The notes under the pieces were generated by a model. The model made no database searches. It saw only the letters and a program-made list of their open reading frames with translations, and was not told the origin of the DNA. 64,000 bases of DNA from Lingula anatina (taxonomy: Eukaryota > Animalia > Brachiopoda). A program made the position numbers and the translations under genes. The DNA lies in the NCBI GenBank assembly GCA_051362555.1, contig CM120640.1, positions 60,676,788-60,740,787 of the forward strand, in the 5' to 3' direction. The stretch's first letter is position 1, and the number at the start of each line of letters is the position of its first letter. Positions 28,361 to 41,420 of the stretch are shown one piece after another.

Positions 28361-28662
28361 GGACGCATTCACATCGAGTTGAGCCATGGCTCTACAAAGC
28401 CACGACCTAAATATGGCGGACGTACATGAAAGGAAAACCGCCTAATCTTTTAATAGTTTCTCCGCCTCTCACATGCCTTCCCATGTGTCGTCCCAATGGA
28501 GCCGAGATTTAATGACTGTACCCCCGCAAGAACGACGCATGGGGAGGCGTGTGAGAGGCGGAGAGACTATTAAAAGATTAGGTGGTTTTCCTTTCATGTA
28601 CGTCCGCCATATTTAGGTCGTGGCTTTGTAGAGCCATGGCTCAACTCGATGTGAATGCGGCC
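28361..28662. mobile_element. PIF/Harbinger MITE, near-perfect 302-bp palindrome
   Basis: TTA|ggacgcattcacatcgagttgagcc ... ggctcaactcgatgtgaatgcggcc|TTA, with arms of ~130 bp. Confidence 0.9.
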
Positions 28663-28776
28663 TTACAGACCTGTCAAGTGCCAGTGCCTGAGTAGTTATG
28701 TAAATAGTGACCAACCTATAATTATCATTTGGATCTCATCATGGTGTCACAGTACAGAAAATTGAACAGAGACAGT

Positions 28777-28983
28777 GGGAGCATTCTCATCGAGAAGAGC
28801 GTCATTCACTCGACTGGTTGAAATGAGGCAAGATTTAATTACTGTCCCCCTGCAGGGACGATGCGCTGGGAGGCGTGTGAGAGGCAGAGAGACCATTAAT
28901 GCATTAAGCGGCCTTCCTTTCATGTAGGTCAGCCATATTTAGGGCCCCACTAGACCTCGGCTTTTCTCAATGTGAATGTTCCC
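28777..28983. mobile_element. Related Harbinger MITE
   Basis: gggagcattctcatcgagaa ... ttctcaatgtgaatgttccc. Shares the core ggcgtgtgagaggc..ttcctttcatgta..gccatatttagg with 28361-28662. A third relative lies at ~30206-30458. Confidence 0.75.
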
Positions 28984-31282
28984 AGTGACACATCTGTGAA
29001 TTTCTAGTGAAAAGTCAATCTGTGACCCTGGTAGCGGGTAAGAATCTTATAGGTTGCTTGTCTCATGGTCCCTGTAATGTTGTAGACACAAATTTTGATC
29101 ACAAGAGAGTGGTGGATTATGGATGAAAAAAAATTTATGAGTTCACCATTAGTCATTCGATATTGTTTCAATCAATTTTAAATAGTCCAAAATTGGAAAG
29201 ATACATATTATTTATTTAAAGTAGACATCAAAACCTTAAATATGATTATTTGAAGAAAAAATTTTCTTAGTTTAGTTACTTCATTGTTGGAATGGAAAAA
29301 TAAAACAAAGTTTGCTTATATAAGCTGAGACATTTTTTTTTGACCACTCCCTTAAGGACATCAGTGCATGTACGTCATGTCATGCTAGAATGGAGCAACA
29401 ATTACATGTTAATCTAAGGTCAACCTGATATTATCATGTCATGCTAGAATGGAGCAATGATTACAAGTTAATCTGAGGTCAACTTGTTATTATACTGTTT
29501 CAATCTCACTTTTTGTACCTTCTCTCAGCCTTGCTATGGTTTATGATTTATGATCCTCTTTTTATTATGATTTTGGTTTTCCAGCCTCATTTCATGAATA
29601 ATTTTGGGTTGTTACAATGGTCATATAATAAATGATTTATATAATAAGTCAGCAGTTATTCCACATATGTTTGTACTGTCATAGGATATAAGCTTTTTGT
29701 GCCATGGGTGCCTATACTTTTTATGGACATACACTGTGTCTGAACATCAAGCCATCACCTGCGCCTGTTGTCATCTCCAGTATGGTTACTGTCACAGCAA
29801 TTTATTCATTAACACTTCAAAACCACGTCACCTATTGTTCTCAAACTCATAGGAATGACTCTTGGGAATACAATGTAACACAAATTGGAAAACCAGTCTG
29901 ATTAGATTGTTATTTTTAAAGGCACAAAAAGGAAGATTTCGGGACCTAAATTCATATTTAAGGAATTATCCTGGGGTAAACAACATTAGGCATGTCTTAA
30001 TCTCTGAAGTACTTCACAGTAAGCACTATATAAAATGGCTAAATTCACAGGAAGAAGGATATCGACAAAGGGATTGAAAACAAAATTACAGATGGAGTTG
30101 GCTAGAAAAGGAAGTAACAATTTGTGTTGGGAGAATCTATTAGGAAGGTGTATGTATCATGCAAATTTCTTTGCATTATAACCTGTGAGACCTTATGACC
30201 TTTAAGGCCCCATTCAGATCAAGAAGAGCTGAGTGCTAGCTAGGCAGTGACCTAAATATGGCGGACCTACATGAAAGGAAGACCACCTAATCCTGTAATG
30301 GTCTCTCTGCCTCTCACACACATCATCCCTGCAGGGGCACAGTAATTAAATTTCGGCTCAATTCAACTGGCCTAAGGATGTCGCGTGGGGAGCCGTATGA
30401 GAGTGGGTCGACCATAGTTAGTCCTTGTATCTGTTCGTTTGTTGTTCTGAATGCGCTCTAAGAGGTTCACAGGCTGTCAGAAAACAATTTTGCACAGATA
30501 AAACATTGCCCTGTAAGCAGCCCCCTGGACTCTATGTAATATTTTCAGATTTTTTCACTAAATGCTAGTCTCATCCCTATTTAATGGCATGATTGAAAAA
30601 AAAATTATAATATCAATTAAATTGATTAGTAAAAATTAACAAATTCTGCAGATGAAATATTTCTGGTCTTGTGTGTCTTGAAATTTCTTTTAACCTACTT
30701 ATATTTATCCCATCTTTTATAATTATATCAATTTGTTCAACCAACCCTGTTGAAAGTGATTTTAGCATTGGATCAGACAGGATACTTAGCCTAAAACAAA
30801 TACCCACATGATATTTCAATTTGTGAAATGGATTTCAGTGGTCAAAAATTGTACTGGTAACATTTTGTTTAAAGTGTCAGTATACTGATTTGTTATTGCT
30901 CTAACTTCTCCCATATTGTTTTTTAATTAGACTGTATTGATGATATGCCATGACTGTGGTACATCTTGTTCTTTATTTGAAATGAAATTGCTACCCATGC
31001 TAAAAAACGGTTACATAAAAGGAATGTAACAACTGTTACCAACTTATAAGCCAATTTAAAAAGAAAGCGTGGCTAAAAAAGCCATTAAAGATACGAGATA
31101 GAAGTCCCACTGGAAAAACATGACTTAAAATATCATGTATTTTGGTTTAAGATGTTTTGCCATGTAGGTAATGAAGGAAATGCTTTTGGTAGTGTAATAT
31201 TTTAACCACTTTTATAGGATTTCAACTATCAGTTGAGATAGGGTTACATAGTCTTACAAAGAAGATTTCAGGTTAAAAGACT

Positions 31283-31712
31283 TTTTACCTCCACCATGGA
31301 GGTTGTTTTCACCTCTGTGTGTCTGTTTGTCACCAGCCTAACTCAAAAAACGAAGAATAGATTTGATGAAATTTTTATGATAGGTCAGAAATAAACTAAC
31401 TTAAAAGTGCTTAGATTTGGGGGATGATCCATTAATTAATTAATTAATGGTTTATTATTAATTGATTATTTGTCTTGATGGAGTGCATCTCTTATTTCAG
31501 TTATATCATGACCAAACAGCACTTTTCCTTCATAGAGATAAGAGGAAAACCGTTCTTTTACTGACTTGATTTCACCTTCCGTTTCAAGCATTTTAGATGT
31601 TAATAAAGGAAATAAAAAAATCACTTAAACAAATGTTTTCTTATACATTTTTCAATTGATTATTAATTGATTATTTGTCTTGATGGAGGACTGTGCTCTC
31701 CGAGTGCATTTC
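31283..31712 (+). mobile_element. Short HINE/Helentron-type element with duplicated 3' end
   Basis: ttttacctccaccatggaggttg..tctgtgtgtctgtttgtc ... cttgatggaggactgtgctctccgagtgcatttc (subTIR plus 3' hairpin). Confidence 0.6.
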
Positions 31713-31914
31713 TTATTTCAGTTATATCATGACCAAACAGCACTTTTCCTTCATAGAGATTAGAGGAAAACCATTCTTTTACTGACTTGATTTCACCTCC
31801 GTTTTCAAGCATTTTAGATGTTAATAAAGGAAATCAAAAAATAACTTAAACAAATTTTTTCTTATACATTTTTCAATTGATTTTTCCAGCTGGAGTAGAT
31901 GTACCCAAGAGTGA

Positions 31915-33391
31915 ATGAACATGCCTTACCAAGTGAAAGCAGAACCTCCAGCAGATATTCTAAATGCCCCACAATATGCAGTTTCCCAGCAATCTTCTCA
32001 TCCTGGAACTGCAAGTCAAGCATTGGCACACCAGGCAATGGTCAACCAGTTAGGACAGGCAAACCACCCACACAACCAACCTGTATCACAGAATTCTCAA
32101 GTGCAACAGCCGCAGGCTACTGCTAACTCTAAACCACAGCAGACAGCAGCAATTGATGAAAACCAGATAGACTATGCAAGTGCTTGTGGTTTGTTTGGTT
32201 GGGAAACTATTGATGGAGTTAGCATTCCATACTTATTAAGGCAAAATAAAAAATTTGTTGCTGTTCGTGTTGTAGAGATGAAACTCTTGTCTAAGTTTCC
32301 AAATGTGTACCCGGATGAATTAACAAAAAGGCCTCCGTTGATGAGTTATTACATTACACCCAATGAAGCAAAGCTGATGATTGAGATCAATGTGGAACAT
32401 TGTGCATATGAATATGGCCCAGCTCCATTCACAACAAAAGATCTTGTTGTTAAAGTGTCTGAATTCAATGAGTTTTATGAGCTAGTAAAAGGTTCTTTCT
32501 CAGAAAGTGAATTGGATAAATGGAGAAATGGCATGATGACAGGAGCTAAGCCAGGATTAGGAGGATGGATCCAAATGAACAACACTGTTGTACCTTTTGT
32601 GTGTAGAGCTGGACTCAAGTATGTGCCTCTGTCTGTCATCAAATATGCTGCCAACTTGCTCAATAATGTTGACTTGAAATACAACACGCATGACCCAATG
32701 GATTATGAATGTGAATTCATGAACTCGGCATGCAAGAAAGCTGGACTGAATTTTCAATTTGCAAAGGAGAGGACAAAGTTGGTGAGATTGAGCCTTGTTG
32801 AAGCTTTGGCAAAACCGAAAGTTCAGCCCCTTCCACCAGATAACCCATTTAGTCATGCAAAGTACACAGAACCTCCTAGATCCACGCTGCCACATCAGCC
32901 AGTTGTGCAACGCCCCCAACCAACAAGTCAACAGATGTCCACAAATTTGTCTGGAACACCAAGTGTGAATAGTCAGTATATGCAAACAATCTCTTCGGGG
33001 GTTGCCTTTCTACCTGGTTCTACATCTACAAATCAAATTGTTTCTCCTCACAGAACTTCTACTGTATCATCCGTATCATCTAACAGTCAGCAAATGCCTC
33101 TGAAGTCACCCTCACAGGCTGCATTCCAAGGACCAGCTTATCAACACCCAGGAAAAAATCAGCAGAACACCAGACCTCAGATACCCACCATAACAAAGGC
33201 CCCAAGTGTTCCTCAGAACCTACAGCAAGCAGGAGGACCTTCCAGGGCAATTTCGTCACAGATTGGCTCTTTTCAAAAACCATCACAGGTCAGCAATGCA
33301 CAAAACACTGTCCAGTCAGCTAGAGGACCTCCAAACAGGACTGCACCACCGAGCACAGTAACTACAACAGTTGCAAGTATTATGGGAATGG
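31915..33391 (+). CDS. Uncharacterised ~924-aa protein, coding exon 1 (two globular repeats plus Q/P/S-rich linker)
   Basis: 511-codon ORF in AT-rich DNA. Acceptor tttttccag at 31889, ATG 31915 directly after an in-frame TGA, donor G|gtaagg at 33391 (phase 1). Confidence 0.88.
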
Positions 33392-33690
33392 GTAAGGTTT
33401 TTGTTTCTTTTTTCCCCAATAACTTTTTTGGACTCTCAAACACTTTATAAGACCTTTCGTGTAATTTTATGTAATGAAAAAAGCACATTTCTTCAGAATC
33501 TCTCTGCCGGTGGTAGTACCTCTAATGTTTGGTGTGTTCTGAAAATATTTTACTTATCTCTCAACAATCACCACCAAAAATGAAGTTTTAACTTGCCTTT
33601 AATTTTGGGGTGTTCAGTGTCTTGTATGCTCTTACTGATTTATGTCATTTACTTGTTTGTTAGATATTTAAAAAATCCAACATTTTACAG

Positions 33691-34988
33691 GTAACCAGCA
33701 GTATCCAATACAGACAACTGTTGGAGCAGCAAGCATGATGCAATACCCTGCTACAGGATTTATGGGCTTCCCAGGGATGGTGCCATTCATGCAACAACAA
33801 GTAAGACCTGGAATGTTTCCAATATTTGGAAGTTTTCCATTTTTCCCAGGATTACCACCTCCACCACCATATAGTCAAAGTCAGAATCGCCCTTCTGCAG
33901 CTTCTGGGAGGCCAACTACTACCACTGCATCTAGGCAGGTGAACCCTCAAAATTATCCATATGCTTCAGGAGCTCCAAACCCAGTCTGCAAAACTCCATC
34001 AGCACCTTCAGCCTATACTGCAACCTCGAAGCAATATGGCAGTGTTCCAAATACAATCTCTACTGGTCATCATCCACCACATGGACAGTACATATCAGGA
34101 AGTCCATCAAATCCACTTCCAGAATCTATGAGAAACTTGGTTCAGAAATCGGATAATTCATTTCCAGTGACTCCAGCACAGGTTACAGTAAATGGTGTCA
34201 ATAACAGCAGACCACAACCAAGTATTGTAACAAACAGGCAACCATCCACCTCTGGCCACAAAGTATCAATGGTAAATGTGGGTGGTAGGAATGTTCCTTG
34301 TCTGGTAATGGCAGGCAGTGGAGAGAAATATATCTTACTGCAAGAGATTGCTGCTAGATTTTTAAGAGGTTGTTCCATCGAGGAATTTCAGTTTGTTTTA
34401 GAGAATGTTCTTGAAGTCGGCATCACCCAGTGCTCCAGTGAAATGGGAAAAGAATTCATGCAAATGTGCATGCAACCTGAACCATTTTCAAATTCAAGTA
34501 TGATCAAATTTTCTGATTTTAAAACGTTTTTACCACAACTCAAGTATATTTTGAAAAATAAGATGGTAGTTGATGAAGATAATAGTGAAAACGTAAACCA
34601 GCAAACATCTCCTAGAATACAGCCTAGGGCAGTTGGGATGGAAAATACCATGAACCATGATGCACAGGTGATGGGCAATAAACGCCCGGCTTCAGAAAGT
34701 CTTCAAGGTCCTCCTGCTAAAAAAGGCAAAGGATCATTGGACAATGCAATTAACAAACTCCTACAACAGAAAGATGGTCTTGAAAAAGTTCCTGGACCAA
34801 TTAGATATACTACTACAAATAAAGAGTGTTCGATCCAAATGATTGAGCGACAGAGGGGAGATGAAGCTATTGTCCCACAGGCACACACACCAAGTCCTTC
34901 ACCAGCAGTTTATAATAATAATACAACAGGAAAAAATGGCACACATCAAAAGGACACTGAGCATCCTGTAGTTATTTGCCTAGATTAA
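33691..34988 (+). CDS. Uncharacterised ~924-aa protein, coding exon 2 (PPxY, third repeat, NLS, terminal SIM-like motif)
   Basis: Acceptor ttttacag at 33690 joins in phase to the 417-aa ORF; stop TAA at 34988. An AT-rich 3' UTR with AATAAA signals follows (~35213, ~35651, ~35740). Confidence 0.88.
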
Positions 34989-37544
34989 GACTTGTGTTGT
35001 TTTTTGTAAAGGAAGTGTGGTATATCTATCAAATCTGAAGCCACTTTATTATATGTACATGTAAACTTCATGAGTTTGGTTCCATATTGCTGAACAATCA
35101 ATCACAAATATTTTAAACTCGTACTTTGCTCTCCATTGTCGAACCAAAAAATGATTTTAAATGTTTTTTCCATGTTATCCTTTTTTAAAACAAACTTTAC
35201 TCTTTGTATGTAAATAAAATTAAGTCTGTAAGTACATCACTGACATTTATTAGGTTAGTCTTGTGAAATATATGCTGCCATGAGTCATGCTAGGGGATGG
35301 TGGAAAGAACAGCCAGCAGTCGGTTTACACAGGAAGGTGTTTAGTTTTAGGGCATTTATTTATATATTATATAAAATACTTTAATATTTATGTAGTTTCC
35401 ATACTGAAAGAAAGGGTAAGTTTCTAAAGAGATGTCTTTGATGAAGTTGCTCCATTTCTGAACTGATGTTTTTTATTTCATTTTATTTTTTTTTTTTTTA
35501 CAAAAATGTTTTGGTCACTTTTTGTAATTTAATTATTTTCTCCTTCGTGGTTTTGCTATCTCCCATTTTGTTATGCAATATATATATATCAAAAGGGAAG
35601 GTCATAAGTTACACAGGTAAATGTCACTACAATTCATTACAAGCAAAACAAATAAAGGTGAATCTCGGATTTTCTTTTTCATGGCCAGTATGATTTCTTT
35701 ATACATACTTTATTCTTCAAATGTAATTTCAAAGCATACAATAAACAGTAAACCATTTCAAGAGGCTTGTTTTTAAGATTAATCTTAATTGTTTTAAATC
35801 TGTTTAAAACTAATAGGGTTTTCAGAAATAATATTTATCCTCTGCCCAGGAAAAGGAAGAAGGTGAATGTAAAGTTCTCAAACTTAAAAGGAGCTGTTAC
35901 CAGCATAGCATTTTTTGGGGGGGTTGACACTGAGCATCTGACTTCAATGAATTGGCCAGTTGTGCAGTGAAAGGTAGTTTTGCATTTTCTGTATACTTGG
36001 GTGGAAGCCGTTAAGTCAACTGGAAGAGTGATAGGTCACTTGTATAAGAGATTGGTTTAACATTGCTGATTTATTTAACTTCGTAAAGTACATAACATTC
36101 TGATCAGTCACCAATTATAAATACCTCCTTCCCATACCCAGATTGATCTAACAGGATTGACCCATCTCCATAAAGTACATAACATTCTGATCAGTCGCCA
36201 ATTATAAAGACCTCATTCTAATACCTAGATTGATCTAACAGGATTGACCCATCTCCGCGGAGTTTCTTGCTAAATTGTTTTCAGTTTAAGCAGCTCTGAT
36301 GTCTGGCACGCCTACTGAAGCTGCTAAACGATAGGTACTTACCCCCTAACAGCTTCAGTAGGTGTACTTAGACCAGCCCAAAAGAAATCACTACACATAA
36401 CGTAATGCAGCAGTGCTTCAGTCAAGGCAGTAAGTTGATTATTACTGACACACCCGACTTCACATTTATCTACATATTTACTTGAAATGCACGTATTAGA
36501 AATAAATAATATATTTTTACCTGGACATACCTTTGAAACAAAAATAGTCCACATTAAATGTCAAGTCTGTATTTATTTATTTATCAACATAATGACCAGC
36601 TCGCAGACTGCTACATCTCTTCTTTGTAAAATTGGAAACTGAGAAATCAAATAGAACTCTTGTTCTTTGAGGGGGTGTTCACAACGAATGAAGTCCACAG
36701 GGACTTGCTGAATACAATCAGATTAACACACCTCTTGTTTACAACGTGCTCCTGACTAAGGTCGTTTATCGTATAATTCAAATTGATTTATCCTAATGAT
36801 TTCACTTTGAGACGCACAAATCAGAATACATATGGTTTTTGATAACTGCCCACTTCCATTTTATATTGTTAAAACTGCAAACAAACGGAAACTAATATTT
36901 TGACAACAACAAGACTAAAGGGTTTCAAAGGTATACTGGTACTATACGCGTTTGAAAATATCTCAAAGTCTAATTTTCCATGTTAATGACGCATATCTAT
37001 CCCAGCGCAGTCCTTAAAAATGATAAATCTCCTCAAATAAAAAAAAATGATGTCGACATTTCCATCTGAAATGTGCAGGAAAACATGGCGGAAGAATTTT
37101 TAATTAGAAATAGTATAAAACAACGAATCCCAGTGCAGAGACAGGTCTAGCAATAAAGTAGGAGAAACATATTCGAGGAAAATTCGATATGGCTGGAAAA
37201 ATCGCTTACAGGATACATTTATGAACGGCCGCTATTTTAGAGGCAATGCAGAGCTATTATTATCTTTGGTCACATAGAGATCTAAAAGGGTGGAACTGGA
37301 AACAGCAGATGGGGATTCTTGGATTCTTTCCAGCAACCATAATTCTATAATTTCGAAGGCTTTCACGCAACGTAGGTGGACGGAGGGGTAGGGACCAAAG
37401 GGAATGTCGTTTTACGCCAGCACTCCAGACTAGGACGGTAGGCCTACCCATTCTAGTCCATTAGTTTGATGGGCCCTTGCAGTGCCCTGGCTCAGGAGTA
37501 GGCTATAAGACAAACAAGACGCCCACTGATTTCTAGGTGTTTTA

Positions 37545-37767
37545 GGCTTCGTTCACATGCAATGTCTATTTTCTAATTTCTATTTTCTATTTGCGCTATC
37601 TTATGATCACGGTCTGTGCCCTGAATATCCCGCCGCGTAATTACTGGCAGCGCGAGCCAGTTACTTATAGTAACTTATAGTAACTGGCTCGCGCTGACCG
37701 TGATCATAAGACATACCGCAAATAGAAAATAGAATTTAGAAAATAGACATTGCATGTGAACGAAGCC
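37545..37767. mobile_element. PIF/Harbinger MITE
   Basis: TTA|ggcttcgttcacatgcaatgtctatttt ... aaaatagacattgcatgtgaacgaagcc|TTA, with an internal palindrome cagcgcgagccagttac..gtaactggctcgcgctg. Confidence 0.9.
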
Positions 37768-37795
37768 TTAAAGTACCCTCTGCCAGTGTTACGGA

Positions 37796-37849
<54 letters not shown>

Positions 37850-40800
37850 AGATATTCACCGACAATTCTCTGGCTAATGATGTGCACATTTCGGTTCAGC
37901 GTAAAATTTTGTACAAAAATGACATCACTCAGCTAGTTCCTGGTAGAGAGCAGCTCTACAGCAACATGACCTATGCGCTTTGTTCAGCAAAACTGCCCCA
38001 CCTTACTACTATCGCCAAAGGGATTATAGTGGTCATACTGGAAAGAGAGCAAAAATAAATTCACAAGTCCCATTCCTATTGACACCCTGGATCCGACAAT
38101 GATAAAAGTTGCAGTTTTAAGTTAGTAAAGATAGTAAGTAGTAATTAGTGAAGATAGCAAGTAAGTATATTGATGTCGTATATAAGGAATCTATCGCTAA
38201 ATTCGATAAATTAAAAAATTGCCTCTAGACAGTGAAAATAGGTTAAAACGTGCCTATTTGAATGGATGCATAATCACTGTTCCACATTGCCAGACATGCT
38301 GGTTGTTTTAGTTTTTACCACAAAAACATGATGGTACTCAACGTGATATAAGCTCTATGTGCTTTCAACTTAATTTGGATGATCAGAAAACAAATATGAG
38401 CTAAAAAAATGTGATCTGGGAAAGACGCCGCTTTGTTAAAGGAGGTCGATTTTTTCCTTATCCGCTTATCCATTGTCATTTTATGAGATAATGTCGTGGC
38501 ATCAAAAAAACATCAAGGTGAATTAGCTAATTCCAGCTAATGACGTCATAGCAGCGTTTTTGGGGTGAAAACTGCACTATCAATTTCAAACAGATCATCC
38601 TCACCTGAAACCGTTTAAATACCTACCGTGTATTTTATCACAATACGTAGTACAAAAAAGTACTACAATCTGGAGCCAGGAAATTTTCTGTTTACTCAGT
38701 AAAGAGGCGAAATTATGTCCTGCTTAATACATCGTAATCCTCTCCTATACAAAACAATTAAAACCAAACGCTGGGGCCAGATTGTGGTTCAAGCCCTAGT
38801 CGAGGAGGGGGGGGGGGGGAGGGGGGGTGGCAGAGTTCGAGCTTATAATGGTTGGAGATGGAAATGCATTTTTGTTGAGACGACGTTAGTTTTAGAAAAT
38901 GATCTTGCAAACCTGTTTGGATACACTGTTATAAATAAATGAAGCAGGCAGCATTGGGTTTACGAAAGCACGACCAAAATTCGTTTCATGGACTATTAAG
39001 TGACAACACCCGTAGGTCTTTAATCATCATGTATCCTGCTTACACAGAACAGGCCTTTCATTAGTTTTGAAAAAAATACAGAAAAAAAAAAGATTTACCT
39101 GTTTTTGTATGTAAATAACATGCCAAGCTCAAAAAGGAGTGGGGTGGAGGCGAATCTATATATACAAAATTCCTGATAAACGAGTTCTTATGTTAACGTT
39201 TTTCACATTTAAACCGCATCAGCAGAAAAGTAAAAATCAAAATACAAGATTACACAAGAAGGCAAGGATAGGATAGAGCGTTTTGTTTGAATGCATCAAA
39301 AACTAAAAAGACACCCTCAAAGGGGGATTTTACGCCCATACTTGGCAGCAATTTATTATAAAAATCATCAACTTTGTTTTTATATTTCTGGAAACCTCAG
39401 TTTGAAATAAACATGCCTTATAGGCACAACTTCAACCAACATTTCGGTTTTCTGGAAGGGGCAAAACCACTGCGAAAAATTCTCATTTAACTTTCAATTT
39501 GTCCTAGAACATAATGTGTTTGTCTTGTAATGAAAAATGCTCTTAATCAGTTCTAGGACATTCTGAAGGACTTCCCAAAAACAGTTCTCGAGCTGTTACA
39601 GTCATTACAGAACAACATTAGAATGTTTAAAAAAATACACCAAATGTTTTAGAATTGACTGAGAACCGTAAACATGTACCTCTAACAAAAATCGTAAATG
39701 TTTTACCAAAAAAGTTCAACCAAAATGCCCAAACTCGACCAGGAAAATGTGTCCAAAAGTGGTTTTATTTTCAGTTAAAAGATTTGTTTTTCGTACCTAA
39801 ACTCCTTAAGGTTTAATCTATCCGCAGAAGTGTGATTTATCATAGTTTCAATCATCAATCGGCATGAAATCACCGTGAAATCAACGTTTGGTAATACATT
39901 CTTACCACTACGTATAAATACATAAACACTGTACTGCTTCGACTTCTGCATGTTCCCTTCAGCAAACGTTTTTTTTTTTTAATCCGACTGTTCTGCATTA
40001 CCAGACATGCAGGCTGTAACTTTTTGCTATCAAAACATACTGGCACTGAAATTGTAACCCATTAATGTAGCAGTTGGTTTTATCAATATAAAATGTTCTC
40101 AGACTGTGTAAAAGTCGCTTGGTAACCTTGGCAACCAACATAAAATAACATAATTAATATTCTATTTATATTGGTTGTATAATAACAAGCACAATAAAAT
40201 GTACCACATTGAGATGAACAGGAAATTAGTTGCGATCAAAAATCCTTGAGATCAATAAATGTTTTCAAGATATCTAATACCAAAGAAAATTATCCAAATT
40301 CACTCTAATATAATAATGATTGTGGTAAATGCCACACCATCAAATTTTCCATAAATTAACACAACAGGAAATTTGAAATAAAAAAAAATTAATTGGGGGG
40401 GGGGGGGGGGGGGGGGGAAGGTAGGGGGAGGTCGCTTCGCATCTGCCGACCCCCTCCCCCCTTTAATAATCCTGGATCCGCCCCAGAGTTTAACATTGCA
40501 ACCATTATTAACAAACTAGATTACTTTACATCAGTGTAAGAATATAGTATCTGCCTCAAAATAAGTGAAATATCATCTGTGTACCAGTATAAAGATATTT
40601 TATGCAGTATTTTCGAATGCTTGTAGAGAAAACAAAGCCTTTTAATAACTCCAATACAGTACAAGGCAGCAACGCTGTAAAATGGACAAACGTAAAAGTA
40701 AAAAATACACAATATAAAAATGCAATATTACATAATGTAAATTCCACACCAAATTTTAAATATGCACAACAGCTAACATGTATGTTAGGGACATCTAACT

Positions 40801-40949
40801 AGCATAAGGCATCAAGCCCATGACAATTCAAATTAACACACTTAAAAAGCCAGAATTAATATGACTGGGCCAAGGGTCTTATCATAAAAATTCCAAAGAA
40901 AGGTAACTTGCATAACTGTGACAACAAAGTGGCATAACTCTTTTCTCTA

Positions 40950-41420
40950 TCCCAAGCAAGATCTTCTGCAGGATTCTTCTTCAGAGAATTACTTCAGCCA
41001 TTGACAGCAGGCTGAGACAGGAATAGGCTGGATTCCACAAGGGTTGTGGATGCCTACAATGTTGTATAGGGAGACTCTTTGGGAAAATCTGGAGTCTTCT
41101 GGGATCCCTGGCAAGATTATCACACCAAACTGTACTAAAGTAATTTTAAGAGCAGCGTAATTCCTGACAGCAACCACTTCTCAGAACCATTGCCAGTGAA
41201 CTCTGGCATCCATCAAGGGCTTATCCTCTCTCCTATATTATTCCTAGTAAACCATCAAATGGATATCCTGATAGACAACATCAGATAAGGTCAGAGGCAT
41301 AAAGTGAACCCTGTTCTCCCACCTGGGGACCATGACATTGCCAAGGATCTGGCAGTCCTTTCTGCAAGGAACAATGATCTACAGGAGAGAACTGACAGAC
41401 ACACTGTGATTGTACACAAA
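40950..41420 (+). mobile_element. RTE-type LINE reverse-transcriptase fragment
   Basis: PSKIFCRILLQRITSAIDSRLRQE*AGFHKGCGC, GIPGKII and SGIHQGLILSPILFL, interrupted by stops and frameshifts. Confidence 0.8.

Noticed and set aside
32475-34888. Antisense ORFs of 61-142 aa over the uncharacterised gene
   Set aside because: Expected shadows of a long sense-strand CDS; no motifs.
37083-37150. Possible first exon MAEEFLIRNS.. after aaacatggcgg
   Set aside because: Stop after ~21 codons, weak donor, no downstream exons found, and probably transposon-internal.
38436-39810. Kolobok-like element (TTAA|AGG..CC|TTAA)
   Set aside because: The two putative ends are not convincingly complementary beyond a few bases.
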